Of a stretch of 64,000 bases of DNA, positions 50,101-62,612 are shown piece after piece. The notes beneath the pieces were generated by a model. That model was not told where the DNA came from. It was given only the letters and a program-made list of their open reading frames with translations, and ran no database searches. This stretch comes from Phoronis australis (Eukaryota; Animalia; Phoronida): contig NMRA01000032.1 of the NCBI GenBank assembly GCA_002633005.1, positions 1,465,999 through 1,529,998 on the forward strand, given 5' to 3'. Within the stretch, counting starts at the first letter, position 1. Each line of letters begins with the position of its first letter. Both the position numbers and the translations under genes were made by a program.

Positions 50101-51144
50101 ATCATGTTGTGAACGCCATCTTGAACAAGAAGTGCCTTCTGAACATGTGACAAACCGACTCTTCATTGTTACTTGAGACCAGTGATCGTCGTACAAAATG
50201 ACACGCCGTGATAAGCCAGCTTATTGCCGGAGCCTGAACTCGAGCAAAACTATCCTTTTTTTCCAAGTTCAGAAATCACCTCTAATGACTAAGGAACCAT
50301 TTGACTGAGACCAAATTCGTGGATCAAACTATTTAAGTTTAATTTTTGACGGAAGGTGGGGAGGCTCTTTGAATTCAATGACCATTGCTAACACAAGGGA
50401 CGCGCCTGACGTATACTCGGTTTAAAGTGATATTGGCTTTAAAGCGGGCTTTAGTTGGCGGCAACTCTTGCCTGAGGTGTAGGACTATTTCATCAGTTTT
50501 CTAATGGCTAAAAAAACAATCCACAACGGGTCCTCAGTGACTTCGAGGCTCGATTTTACACTATGTCTCAGAAAAGTGAACGGTATATGTTTTTTTAAAT
50601 GATATAGCAATGCATCGGCTCAAAACAAAATTATTGGTTCACATGGCAGAGAGGCCACAGGGCACGGCCCCACTTAATGTTCGGAGGGGTTTGCCTGGTC
50701 CAAGCACAAGTCGTGAGGTTCGACTCCTCAAAGCCGTTTCATTTCAACCAATGGGAATGACTGGAAAGTTTTGGCGTCCGTTTCACCACTGTAACTAATG
50801 AGAAGCCATGATAAACAACATTCAACGGAGCTACCGTTCGTAGCACCGTAAAAGAGTGTAGAGACCGTAGAGATTATTGTTACTTGTTGTATTGTTACAT
50901 ATTATATTATGTTGTTACTATTTATTAATTCACTATAACTTTTAAATTATTTACTGTGGCCGCATCCTGACTGTTGTGGGGAAATGGGAACGCTTTTTTT
51001 ACGAATTGCGGAACGAAATAACAAAATTTACTGTTCATAAGTAACCTTCATTAATAGTCTGGATGTGTGTATCCATCTTAACAACAACAAATTAGCTGTC
51101 AATCTATCACTTTAATCTAATAGTAATGATCAGAGCCCTAGAAG

Positions 51145-51367
51145 CATGGGCGCATCCAGTGGCAAATTGGGCAAAAAGGTCTGCCTCAATGAAACAAAAA
51201 GCCCGAGCAAACGAGAGAAAAGTCCACAAAGTACACAGAAATTCGGCGCGGATGCGCAATTCGTAGAGTGGTTCGGGTTTTTTAGCCCCCGTTGATTTTT
51301 CTCAGTAGAAGGTCCGCGTACCGAGAAATTCGACCTCCCTCTTTATTTTAGGCTGGGTACGCGCATA
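51145..51367. mobile_element. Second copy of the CATGGGCGCA MITE family
   Basis: Shares CATGGGCGCAyCCAG, AATTGGGCAAAAA, AAAAGTCCACAAA and TTTAGGCTGrGTACGCGCAT with 40807-41072; no TSD recognisable. Confidence 0.8.
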
Positions 51368-52965
51368 ATAACGCATTGCGTTGCTCTTGTTTGCAAATCA
51401 TTGAGCAGCTCCTGTTATAGTCTGATGCACGCGTATGAGTAGCTAAAATTCACTTATGTGGTAATAGTGGACGTGAGTTGGACACCAGCCTACTGCAACA
51501 TTTTTGTGGGTCCACAAAATTTCCCTTGATCTGTCAACAGATTCTCAGGATGAAACTTCACACCGAAGTTTATGTCTGGGATGCGCCAGTACCACTTGAT
51601 TTCCAGACGAATTTAAGTATCGTGTTAGTCCGTTTTTAACAAAACATAGCGTGGCCAACAAGTGTCAAAACGGCTCAAAAGTGTTTAGCGAAACAGGACA
51701 TACAGATGTGGCTGAGGTGCGTCGGCCTTGGTCGATTTTCGTGCAATTAGTTTGAGGTGCACATTTCTTTTCTATCGTACGTGGCATGGACGTCTGTTAC
51801 ATTATTTTAATCGTATGGCTTCGTAGCCTAATTTACCACAGAAATGCACTTGAAGGAATTGTTCCGTTATTAAAGGCTCTCTGAGCCTTACAGCCGTCGG
51901 CGGGTACTTCAGTAGTATGTCGTTTTTTTAATTTTTGTTTTGAGAAGGGTCTTAAACATCAAATCCAGAAATAAACGCAACACTTCTTGTTTACTATAAG
52001 TACGTGGTTATACTCTATAGTCAGAATGGATCTCATGAGTGTTATTTTGGTTTAATAAGCGGCTTCGTTCTTACTTTGAAGTTAGTCACTGATTTTTCAC
52101 ACGGCGCAATTGTAAACTAATGTGCCCTTAGCAAACGACTGATAGTCAACTCAATGAAATTCTGATAAAAACGACTTTTCTCCGGTTCGAGAACTGGAGG
52201 GTGTCAAAAACATGTCTCCAGATGGACTGTGTATTCAATAGGAATCTAGACTCAGTTCTTAGTGTTTTTTTTGGGGGGGGGGTGGCGGCATACAATATAG
52301 ATTTACTGGAGTGCAATCAGGAATTTCGTTGACTACCCCCATATCAGTGGCTACCCATTTCAGATCCCACCTGTATTGACACGGATCCAGGGGGTCAAGA
52401 CCCGGCCCACCGCTCGAATGTACTAGGATGTCCGAATTTTTAGGGATGAATTTTCGAAAAAAGGTCTGGATGTCTGTTTGGATGTTGCAGGGGGGACGTC
52501 TTTTTTACATATGTTTTTGTTGGTGCTTCCAGTGAGTTCCTGGCAGGACGTGTATCTGCCCCCCTCCAATCGCTCATACGTCAGGTCACCACTGATTAGT
52601 CAGCTCCAGCTTGAGATGTATTTCCCGTAATTTTTATTGGGCTTTGCTGCCCGAATTTTTTCTCAAATTACTCGAGTTTTCGTCAGTATTTTTGCAAGAC
52701 ACCGCTCATATTTAGTTACTATCGATATTTTAAACAAAAGACACTCCAAAATTTTAAATTTGACACAATAAAATCGTACACGATTGTCACGCCTACTCCC
52801 GTACTTTCTCATCGCACACGCTCGCTAAGTGTCACTTCTGTCTATGAAACAATATTGGATGCTGGTAACTCTTCCTTATATGTTGTTGACTAAATAATTT
52901 CATTTTGCTCAGCTGTGAACAGTGTTTCCAAAGAAGCTGTTGGCGGCGCTGCTGTATATCTAAAC

Positions 52966-53246
52966 ATGGCGACCCCCATACGTTTCGTGAATCGACTGTT
53001 TTATTGTCGAGCATTTTCCGCGCCACTACCCGGTATGCAGACTTTTAAAGTATTCTGCAGCAACGAGTCCACTCAACGGAAAATTTGCATAGGTGATAGT
53101 GCCGAAATGACTCGGGTATTCACAGATGAAGACGTCAAAACATTTGCAAGCTTAGTTTGTGATAACAACCCAATTCACACAGACGGGCAATATGCCAAGA
53201 GCTCCAGATTTCGAGGACCAGTTGTTCATGGAATACTCGTTACAGG
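52966..53246 (+). CDS. HTD2: Hydroxyacyl-thioester dehydratase type 2, mitochondrial (MaoC/hotdog fold), first coding exon only
   Basis: Basic presequence-like N-terminus, then IGDSAEMTRVFTDEDVKTFASLVCDNNPIHTDGQYAKSSRFRGPVVHGILVTG with the hydratase-2 motif DxNPIH and the VHG motif. Ends at donor GG|GTAATA; the C-terminal half was not found in the window. Confidence 0.85.
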
Positions 53247-53642
53247 GTAATAGGAATGCACAAAACATGCATTTGGTCATTCAACCCTCCATCTGGCATA
53301 TATTTAGATGCCCTCCTTGCGTTTTGTTTTGCCAACCTATAATGGGGCTATTCGGAGAATTCTCCTCGCCGTGTCGCTGCTGTACTAGTGGTGATTGAAT
53401 TGCGCATGCGTGGCTGTCTGCATGTAAACAACTGGTAAAAGATGGAATTTTTATCAAAATACGTCGTCGCGCTAAGCCTTATTACTGCTAATTTCCCTGG
53501 TGCAAGTCTTCGAAAAGTGGACACAAATTCCCAAAAGACCTAAGGTTACTATATTCGTGGACAATTGCGGTAAACAGGGTCAACTAACTGACATCGGCCT
53601 AAACCAGCCTACCATTAGCAGGGCTCTTATGTATACGTGGGA

Positions 53643-53991
53643 CAGTGGCGGATCTAGGATATCACAAGGGGGGCAACATTTTGTCTGTAAACATTTGCGC
53701 AAAGCAGGATTGTAGATGCGCATAGCACCGAATGGGGAGAGGTCTAAAAATCACGCATTTTCCTTGATTCCTGAAGTATTATCCAAGAAAATAAGGAAAA
53801 AAACGAGAACGTATCAAACAGGAAAAACTGATATAACCCCAGACTTGATCTCACCACTGCACCACCACGATTTCACTCCTAATTTGATACTAAGAGACTT
53901 ACTTGTTTATGGTCCACAGCGTTTGCGGCAGCCAAGGGGGGGGGGGGGNNNNNNNNNNNNNNNNNNNCCCCCCCCCCTAAATTCGCCTGTG
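53643..53991. mobile_element. Longer, degenerate CAGTGGCGGATC-type MITE spanning an assembly gap
   Basis: Begins CAGTGGCGGATCTAGG, ends poly-G/N/poly-C TAAATTCGCCTGTG; no clean TSD. Confidence 0.6.
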
Positions 53992-56421
53992 GTAGGATAA
54001 GACTGAGTAAGCTGTTTTGATTACACAACCGCAAAACTGTAGTTCTTTGTGCAAAGTCTTCTTGCTTAAACTGAGTACTTTTCATCATTTTTTTAGCTCT
54101 TTCGATATTTTCAGGATAAATTGCATGAGGTGAGTATGCTTTCGAACACACACACCATCAGGAAGTACAACAATGCCCGTTTTCCATCACGGACCCGGCT
54201 CCTTTCATAATGTATCACGTACCAGAGATCTATGATTCTGAAATTTATCTCCCTGAATTCGATGACGGGAAGTGTGTACGGAGTGTTGATTCGAAACTCT
54301 GTATCCAAGAATATGTACGATTTACGCTGCTTAATTATGGCCGAACTTGGCCTCACAATAGGCCTACCTAATGACCTGGACGAGGCTAAACATTTCTGTA
54401 TAACCCTCAGAGGCGCATTTTATATATTTGCGACATAAAAAATATCAAATGTTCGGAACACAACTATTGCGAACGAACTTCACAGATCATTTTTACAAAA
54501 CTCTTACTATATCGTAGTAGGCTACATGTAGGACCTGTGTTCTCTGATCATGTATTTTCCATTTTGTGTGTGATAGCCTCAAACGTGTTAGGAAACTGAA
54601 TTTAATACATCTTTTGTAAATTGTAAAAGGTTGGACGAATTCTGTCTTTGACTTGGCTCTCCGCCTTTAAGATGTCTTGAAACACCATGTAACACTGCAC
54701 CACCGTTATTTCAGTCATTGTTTGATTGGAAATACATGTACATGTTAGTGTTTCTAGGAGTCCACAAAATACTCACACTTAACGCAACGCGGTAGTTTTA
54801 ATTCAGTTCCCCACCACCATCGTTAATAATTTAACATTTAGCCATTGTGGTGAATACTTCTGGCTACGCTAATGCAAATAAAGAAAATGCATTTGTTACT
54901 GTTTGAAATCAGTACATTTTTGAGGCACGTTGCTGAATGTTTGAACCTTCAGCTTGACGCAATTACCGCTGCGAGATATTTTAAAATGTGGCTCGCCTAA
55001 TTTACAAAATTTTCATCATAAAGGCGACAGATTTCTTTATTCTTGTTCCGAAATTTTTGGTCAAAAAACTGAAATGGCTTCGATGTTGAAAAGGAAGAGA
55101 AAACCTACCACAATCGTCCAACGCGACGCTACTGCTCCATAAACATCCAGTTCCAATGTCTTGAAAATTTTAATCACGTGCTCGGATGGTCTACGGAATA
55201 TTTTTGCCATCAGTTCTTGACCATCAAGGGTTTGTTTTGACATGAACTCTTTCAGTTTATGTTGACGGCAATGATTGGGACACGGCCAGTTCGAAATGAC
55301 GAACAATTCAGTTCAAAGTTATAATTCTAGCTTGAAGTGTGTTCTAAGTTGACTTGATCTAATAAGCGCTACTCAGGACATTGCAATGTGTCTGTCTGAT
55401 GTTTGCAACCCGTACATTCGAAATATTTAACAAAACGACCATAAAAGATAAATGTTCAAGGATACAATGACTCTTCCGACTCATGCATAAAGTTTGTTAA
55501 CTGTAGCAAATAGTCAAATGAAAGCAGAAACATAAAAATCTTTATTTATTTTAAACAGATAAACGTTTATATACGTCAAATACAGATAAAAACCGCACTA
55601 TACATACATCATACCATGCATGAGGAATCGCGAGAGCAACAGACTTCCATTAAGGGGAAGCCCATTTCCCAATAGCTGAAGTTTGAATTCAGGATGTTCG
55701 AATCCCTGAACTGGGAATAGCTATCGTACTTACATCCGAAGCAATGGTCTGATGTCCATTGCACATTAAAAAGGTCTCCATCAAATGTATTATTTTACCT
55801 ATGAGCCATTGGATTATATCCAGGATTTGCCAACTTCGGATGATTCAACATGTATGATCACTAGGTTGAAAAGATGTAGTTTAACAGAACAAGTTTTATT
55901 TTACGTAAATCTGCTTGGTCCCCTTTCATCATTCATAACACCCTGCTTGGTCACCTTTCATCATTCATAACACCCTTTGTCAAAGCGCCCGCCCATGTGT
56001 TGTGAGCTAGCATACAGCAGGTGGTAATATGTCCAAGAAGAAGTGTGAAATCATATCTCAGAGCTAACATCTTACAAAATGCATAAAGGTAGTTTCTTAT
56101 CCATCATATTCAATGTTTTGAAACACAATTTTAAATTGTAATATCCTTAGTTTTGCTTAGACAGTTTCACAGTTTTCAGACACCGAGTTTATAAGTCTTG
56201 GACATGTAACAATCACATTAAGGCTTTTCATTCTGCAACTGAGAACCTTAGTAGCTGCCTGAACAGAGACACACTAATTTGTAAACACTCTTTGCAGTTG
56301 GCACAATACTTATTTAGAAGAGGGAAAGTTAAATTAACACAGCAAGTACATTCTCGTCATGCAAATCTTTCATAAAAAGTCACACGTCTGTCATGAAGGA
56401 TCACGTACAAAGTCCTACATC

Positions 56422-57020
56422 CACCATTTCAAGCCACATACTCACCGGGGCGTTTCAAGCCTCATTCACACTAGGGCGTTTCAAGCCTCATTCACACTAG
56501 GGCATTTCAAGCCTCATTCACACTAGGGCATTTCGAGCTTCACGAGTTTCACACTATCTCAGGATATTTCAAGCACACTGGAATATCTCAAGCATCACCC
56601 ACACTAAAATATTTAAAAAATCAACAATTTCATACTGATCTTCACGCTTCACACAAACAAAATATACATATAGAGCTTGGCTGTAGACCAAACGCCAGTC
56701 TCAACCTGAGACTCTAAAATATTTCAAACTTCAAAAGTTTCATACTAATTTCCACACTTCACATCTATAAAAAAACTTCAAAAGTTTCATACTTATTTTC
56801 ACACTTGTTCACACAAACAAACAATACATAAAGCTTGGCTGTGGACAAAACGCCAGTCTCATTCTGAGACACTAAAATATTTCAAACTTCAAAAGTTTCA
56901 TTCTTATTTCCACACTTCACACCTATGTTTCAAACTTCAAAAGTTTCATACTTATTTCCACACTTCACACCTATAAACAATGCATAAAGCTTCTAGACCT
57001 AATGCCAGTCTCATCCTGTG
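56422..57020. repeat. Composite tandem repeats (26-bp unit, then nested longer units)
   Basis: GGGCrTTTCAAGCCTCATTCACACTA about 4 copies, then repeated TTCAAAAGTTTCATACTTATTTCCACACTTCACA and AGCTTGGCTGT...GCCAGTCTCA blocks. Confidence 0.85.
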
Positions 57021-57910
57021 AAAATATTGCAAGGTGGCAACTTCACCTTTTCAGCATATGTAGATGTATCATCAAGCATGTGATATTAAAAAAATAAGTC
57101 CCTGCATTTACAGTTTCAAATATTGTAACATCTCACATTATTTGTTGATCAGTAGTGGTATTGTACGCAGCTTCTGCCGAATCACAAGCTCGGAAACTGA
57201 AAAGTTTCTTAACTATTTCATTACACCCACCTCCATATGTTGTGGGTCGATGAATGCTGCATACATTGTCAAACAGTAAATTCGATGTGTTCCAGGGGCA
57301 GGAATCAAAGTCTGAGGGCAATGAGTGTAACGTGTATCTGAGCGCCAACAAAGCAATAACATCATCTAGTGTAGGTCCACCAAGCCAATTCCAGAATATT
57401 GGGACGTGTAACAAAATCTTAATTACCTCACAGCTGGCTAACATTTTTTCTGAATCTTGTGTAATCGTGTTTGTCCATCACATGACCACTGTTTCAAGTG
57501 GTCGCTTTAGAATTTCCCCTCCCTTTTCCAGAAATCACAAAACAAAAGTGATATGATATGGCGCAGGCTGCAAATTTCCCTCTGCACACGTCATCACACT
57601 TATGTTGTGTGCAAACCTTCAAAGACACATATGATGTCTGAAAAGTTGGGAAAAACTTATAGTTCCTGTTAAACCACATAAGTCATGATTTCTTATTGAA
57701 AACATAGGATGTATATCTCAATGACATGTAACTATTCATCATATTTTGTCTAACACAATTTTCCACCAAGTGTATGTCTGGTTGGATCTCACAGAAAGCA
57801 ATGCTTGACAGCTTGGTGCGGTAAACCATCTCAAACTTGGGTCTCAGTGGGGAAGTGCAGGCAATCTTACTCTAAATAATAGCATAAGTTACTTGACTGT
57901 ACCTGGATTG

Positions 57911-58218
57911 TCAAGGTTAGACTACATACATCAGGAGATACACACTGATACATAATTTTAACTGTACATGGTCAGACTATGAACTTCCGGAGATACACAC
58001 TGATACAAAATTGTAACTGTACATGGTCAGACTATGAACTTCCTGAGATACACACTGATACATAATTTTAACTGTACATGGTCAGACTATGAACTTCCGG
58101 AGATACACACCGATACATAATTTTAATTGTACAAGGACAGACTACGTACACCTGGAGAGATACACAACGACACATAATTATAACTGTACAAGGTTAGAGT
58201 ATGTACACCCTGAGATAA
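57911..58218. repeat. 55-bp minisatellite, about 5.5 copies
   Basis: GAGATACACACTGATACATAATTTTAACTGTACATGGTCAGACTATGAACTTCC units at 57935, 57990, 58045, 58100 and ~58157. Confidence 0.92.
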
Positions 58219-58220
58219 AC

Positions 58221-58384
58221 ATAGATTATTACATGGCGAAGTCGTTATCCCCCATTATCTAGAGCCCGAGTGGATTTTGGAGAATTATGGCCTGAGGGGC
58301 GTTAGCTCCGAGGGTGATAATTCTCCAAAATCCACTCGGGCTCTAGATAAGGGGTATAACGACTGAGATCATGTAATAATCTAT
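58221..58384. repeat. Long hairpin with a 34-bp perfect stem
   Basis: 58255-58288 is the exact reverse complement of 58317-58350; outer arms ATAGATTATTACATG / CATGTAATAATCTAT. Confidence 0.92.
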
Positions 58385-58804
58385 TTATACCACATACTGA
58401 ACGAGTAACATTGCAATGAATCGATCTACCTATCTCGACTCGCCTCGGCTTTGTAACTACTTTCCACGTAAGAGGCCCGGGGTCAGAGGTCGTGACCTTT
58501 TAAGAAAAGCCTAGCTATTTTTGTCAAATAATGCTTTTACTCAAAACCAATTGAAAATTTAAACAGAATAGAAATAAAGTGAATCTAGAAATTAAGGTTT
58601 AGCAACTATTATAGCTTACTACACATTTTATCCAGAGAATGCAAGACATTTACATTATATAGTCTTTTATACTGTTGTCCAGTTATTTAAACCTGTCCCT
58701 CACTGACACAAGTTTATATCCCCAAAGTACACACTAACAGATACAAACACACCACCCATAACGAAGCAGTCAACTGTCAGTCACCATTGAGACTTTCACA
58801 ACCG

Positions 58805-59299
58805 TTATGGATTCACTTTAAGTTCTTCTGCTATTCTTTTAGCCAGTGTTTCTACCATCTCCTTGATCTTGATCAGATCGTGGATGTGTAACAGGTCGAT
58901 TAACTCAGTGTAATTCCCCACTTTAATAACACCATGCTCCTCCAGCTGCACGAGCAGTTGCCAAGTGTCTTTAATACCTTTCAGGGGTTTAGGCCTGTAA
59001 AACACCAGTAAGACTTCAAAGACCACGAGAAAACACCTAGATGGAGCAAAATGTTGAAATGTATCAACCATGCTATCCTTCAAAGGCTTTATTGGTTTCA
59101 TAAAAATGGGTGCTGCAGAATACATGGAATCTGTCCAAACATATTTTAATAAAAAGCCTTGCCATCTCCCCAATAGGAACCTATTTGCCACATTTGATGA
59201 AAGTCTGTCTAGTAACTCCAAAGATTCGGAGGCAAGTATAAAAAATAATTGCATCAACAAGCAGATCTGTCTGAACGAAAATGCAGTCTGCTGCCACTT
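58805..59299 (-). CDS. 3' end of a probable death-effector-domain (death-fold) gene: terminal exon 58994-58805, candidate preceding exon 59299-59181
   Basis: Acceptor TGTTTTACAG|G, then PKPLKGIKDTWQLLVQLEEHGVIKVGNYTELIDLLHIHDLIKIKEMVE, which fits the DED pattern (L..LE..G.I...N...L..LL). The upstream in-frame segment FRQICLLMQL..LASESLELLDRL fits DED helices 1-2 but has a weak donor. Confidence 0.6.
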   Translation of the reverse strand, partial: KWQQTAFSFRQICLLMQLFFILASESLELLDRLSSNVANRFLLGRWQGFLLKYVWTDSMYSAAPIFMKPIKPLKDSMVDTFQHFAPSRCFLVVFEVLLVFYRPKPLKGIKDTWQLLVQLEEHGVIKVGNYTELIDLLHIHDLIKIKEMVETLAKRIAEELKVNP

Positions 59300-59391
59300 C
59301 TATTGGAATACACTTATCAAATAAAAAAATCCTGTAAAGGGCTTACATGGATGCAAAATCATTAACACTGTTGCAACAGTCCGACCAGTTG

Positions 59392-60430
59392 AACAAGAGC
59401 AACGCGGAGCGTTGAAATGCGCCTACGAATGCAGCGCAAAGGGGGTGCTTCTAGGGTCATTTATTTGTTTCATAAAATGGCCACTAGATGGCACAAAAAT
59501 GTCCAATCCATTCGAAAACAGGAATATGACATCACTTCTTTAATGGAAAGCTACTTACCAAATTTCATGCAAATCTGTCAAAGAATTTCAGAGAAACTAA
59601 GGAAAATGAGAAAAAAAATGAAATTGCCTCAAGGGGGCACAGCATTTGTTGGATCTGCCTGAAAGCAGTCATTGTCTGTTGTTCGCTTTACTTAAAAACA
59701 CTTACTAAATTTAAAAAAGATCCTACAGAGGGTTTAGAAGATACAGCTATGGGTCCACAAAAAACAAAACAATCACTAGCAGAAGCCAAAGTGGTTGAAG
59801 TCTTCATCGTCAACCGTCCTTTTCACACTGAGAATGCCAATTTTCAAAATCATCATTTGAATGGTTTGGTTGAAAGAGGGTGAATGCCAAATAACAGCAA
59901 AAATGACCATTAGGTTGCGCAAAAATACCTTGATTCCATCCAAAAAACGGAAGGATTAGCGTCATCTCACCAAAACGAAAATTCATTGAGGACCTTTGAA
60001 GATACAGAAGTAACTATAAAACCTACAATTGCCACTATGAGGCACAACGGTAGTCAGATCCGAAAGCGGTCGTCGTCCGTTTTCAACATCATAAATACAC
60101 TTGCTAAATTTAGTAAAGATCCTGCATGCGGTTACAACCATGGGCGCAAAAAAACTACCACTAGGAGGCGCCACAGTAGTCAGACGTCGGAAAATCATCA
60201 TGAGCTGTCCTCTTCACAGTAAGAACACACATGCCCATTTTCACAATCATCCTTAGAGCGGTTTGGTTGATAGAGGGGTGGACGTCAAAAAACATTCGAA
60301 AACAGTAGAACTAGACACAAGGTGGCGCAAACTACACCGAATCCCCATTTTGTGAACACATCCACTACCACAAGAAACTGTAGGAACACCCCATTTATCC
60401 ACCTTCACTCTCTTCAGGCTTCTATTGTGA
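59392..60430. mobile_element. Interspersed repeat with degenerate internal units, possibly Helitron/Helentron-derived; related pieces at ~62000-62350 and ~63350-63600
   Basis: Starts AACAAGAG; recurring GCCACTAGGnGGCrCAC and CCATGGGCGCAAAAA...CCACTAGGAGGCGCCACAGTAGTC blocks shared between ~60140 and ~62230. Class assignment is inference. Confidence 0.55.
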
Positions 60431-62399
60431 GTCAGCATGCGTGAATAATTGGCTGATAAACCACCTATGGAACTACTTTTGGCTGAATGGATGACCAGGC
60501 CATAAAATGATAATTAGCCAAGACCAGTTAAATAAGGCAACAAAGAATAATGTAGTAGCATCATCTAGCCTTGGTGGAAAGCTATATACTGTATTGGCTC
60601 TAATAAAGGCTTAGAAAAATTCATTTCATGGGGAGGGGACCCTTATATTGTAGCTTATGGCAGCTGAAACCCGGTTTCCGTAACGGGTAAAATCGGAAGC
60701 TAGGGTTCGTCAAATTTTCGCTTTATGACGTATTTGTAGCCTATGACAGTCTTTCTACAAAAGGGTAGTGCATTGCTTTCAAACTCTGTTGTTAAATTAC
60801 GATAATTTTTCAAAAAATTGTACTCCAATCCCAGGGCGAAAACTTGCCGATTGATACTTTGCTGAATCGTGATCGTCCATAGGAAAACTTGAATTCTTGA
60901 ATAAAAATATAGTTTCGACTCCACAAATTACCTGAAATGTTTCCTTATGTTTTACAATTTTCGTACACCACAACACGAGGAAAATCTCTGGATGAACACA
61001 CATGCTGTTGTCACGTGATGTTTGTTTTGAAGTTCGTCTGCGCATGAGAGAGTGAGCGAGCGCGTGCAGGTCATCGACGACTACAAAAGGCGGAGGATTA
61101 TGCAAGAAAATGGCGTTTATGTTTTTCAGTTAAACGGCTGCAACGTGCAAGGTGAGTGCAGGTTAACTCACAGATTTTGTGTGCACAGGCCGACGGCCGT
61201 TAGCTCTACCGTGGAGTAAAACATAATAGTCCTAGGCTCGATCTACATATTGGGGACGAGGTGACAAGGTGAACTACCCAGGCCGTGTGACATTTCTGGG
61301 TCTAACGGAGACTGACGCAGTGGTCAGCCAGCACGCTGTATCAAAACTATCGTCAAAATCCAAATTCATTTTATCGTGTCCCTGTCAATAACAACGGCAT
61401 GCTAAAGTTTCTGAATGTTCGTACTTCAGGAACATAACAATCACGTGATTTGTATACATACGCGCACGCCGCAGATCACATCTTGGAAATTTCCGATTTG
61501 ACGGATGACAATGAATGAGCACAATGAAATTAATTGTCGTTTTACAGCTTGTAAGAGTTATAATAAACGTCTTTTGAATATTGCAATGCATGTGTTTCAA
61601 AATCTAAATAACTTGGGTCCTATATTTTTGTATTCGTGCGCGCCGAATGAAAGTAATCGTGAGTGTTGCTGTGTTGCAAAATCTCTTATCCTGGGCCGAT
61701 TTGAACAATTCAAAATTGTACTCATATTTTTTTCGCTCCTCTTTTCAAATATTACAGTAAAGACTACGTAAAGCTCTCTCCATAAAAAGTACAGTCTGCT
61801 AAGCTAGATTGTAATTAGCTGATCATCTCCGCGTGAGCAAAGCCAATTATCCTCGCTCATGACTTGATGAATAGATCAGATTGGCAGGATCCCTTTGATC
61901 TATGCCGAGCAGGGCTCAACCAAGGTGGATAAATATGGTTTACTTCAATCTGCCAAACCCCACCATAAGTCCGGGGTTAATGGGCCAATCTTATTTACTG
62001 GGAATGTTTATAGCATGCATTCATAAAGTAGATGCCTACATCCCACATTTTATGAAAGTCCAACGAGGGCCTTTGAAAATAAAGAGGTAAATGCAAAAAA
62101 CCAGAATTGCCACTAGGGGGCACACTGGTAGTCCGATCCGTCCGAAAGCCGCCATCCTCTGTGGTCAACCTCATATAAATGCACCAGCAAAATTCAACAG
62201 ATTCTGTAGAGCCTTTAGGAGATACAGCCATGGGCGCAAAAACAAACAAATCTGCCACTAGGAGGCGCCACAGTAGTCAAAGTTGTCGAAAATCATCATC
62301 AGAGCAGTTTGGTTGATGGAATTAATGCGGACGCCAAAAAACAATAGTAAAAAATAGTAATGAAAGTGCTCCGAGGAGCGACACTTGGTGAAATTAACA

Positions 62400-62612
62400 G
62401 AAAAGACGACGATAGAGATGATGACGAAGATGACGAATATGACGACGATGGTGGCGATGATGAACAACATAAGTAATGATAACATTCACAAGACGAAAGT
62501 AGAGGCCAGAAATCAGCAAGTATAGACTACTGTCTTGAGCGAAATTAACTGAAAAAGACAACAACGGAGATGACGACGAAGACGACGTATATGATGACGA
62601 TGGTGATGATGT
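62400..62612. repeat. Two (GAT/GAC)n microsatellite tracts in duplicated context
   Basis: GATGACGAAGATGACG...GATGATGAACAACAT near 62400-62470 and 62565-62620. Confidence 0.8.

Noticed and set aside
57064-57679. Cluster of ~60-100-aa ORFs on both strands
   Set aside because: No domain signature or consistent splice structure; lies in probable UTR or intron sequence.
57911-58218. CRISPR-like array (also considered 10401-10460, 16845-16950, 56422-56540)
   Set aside because: Head-to-tail minisatellites with no unique spacers and no cas genes, in a eukaryotic context.
61229-61275. LHIGDEV peptide as the missing HTD2 second exon
   Set aside because: Followed immediately by a stop, with no upstream LIS/PGPG similarity or suitable acceptor.
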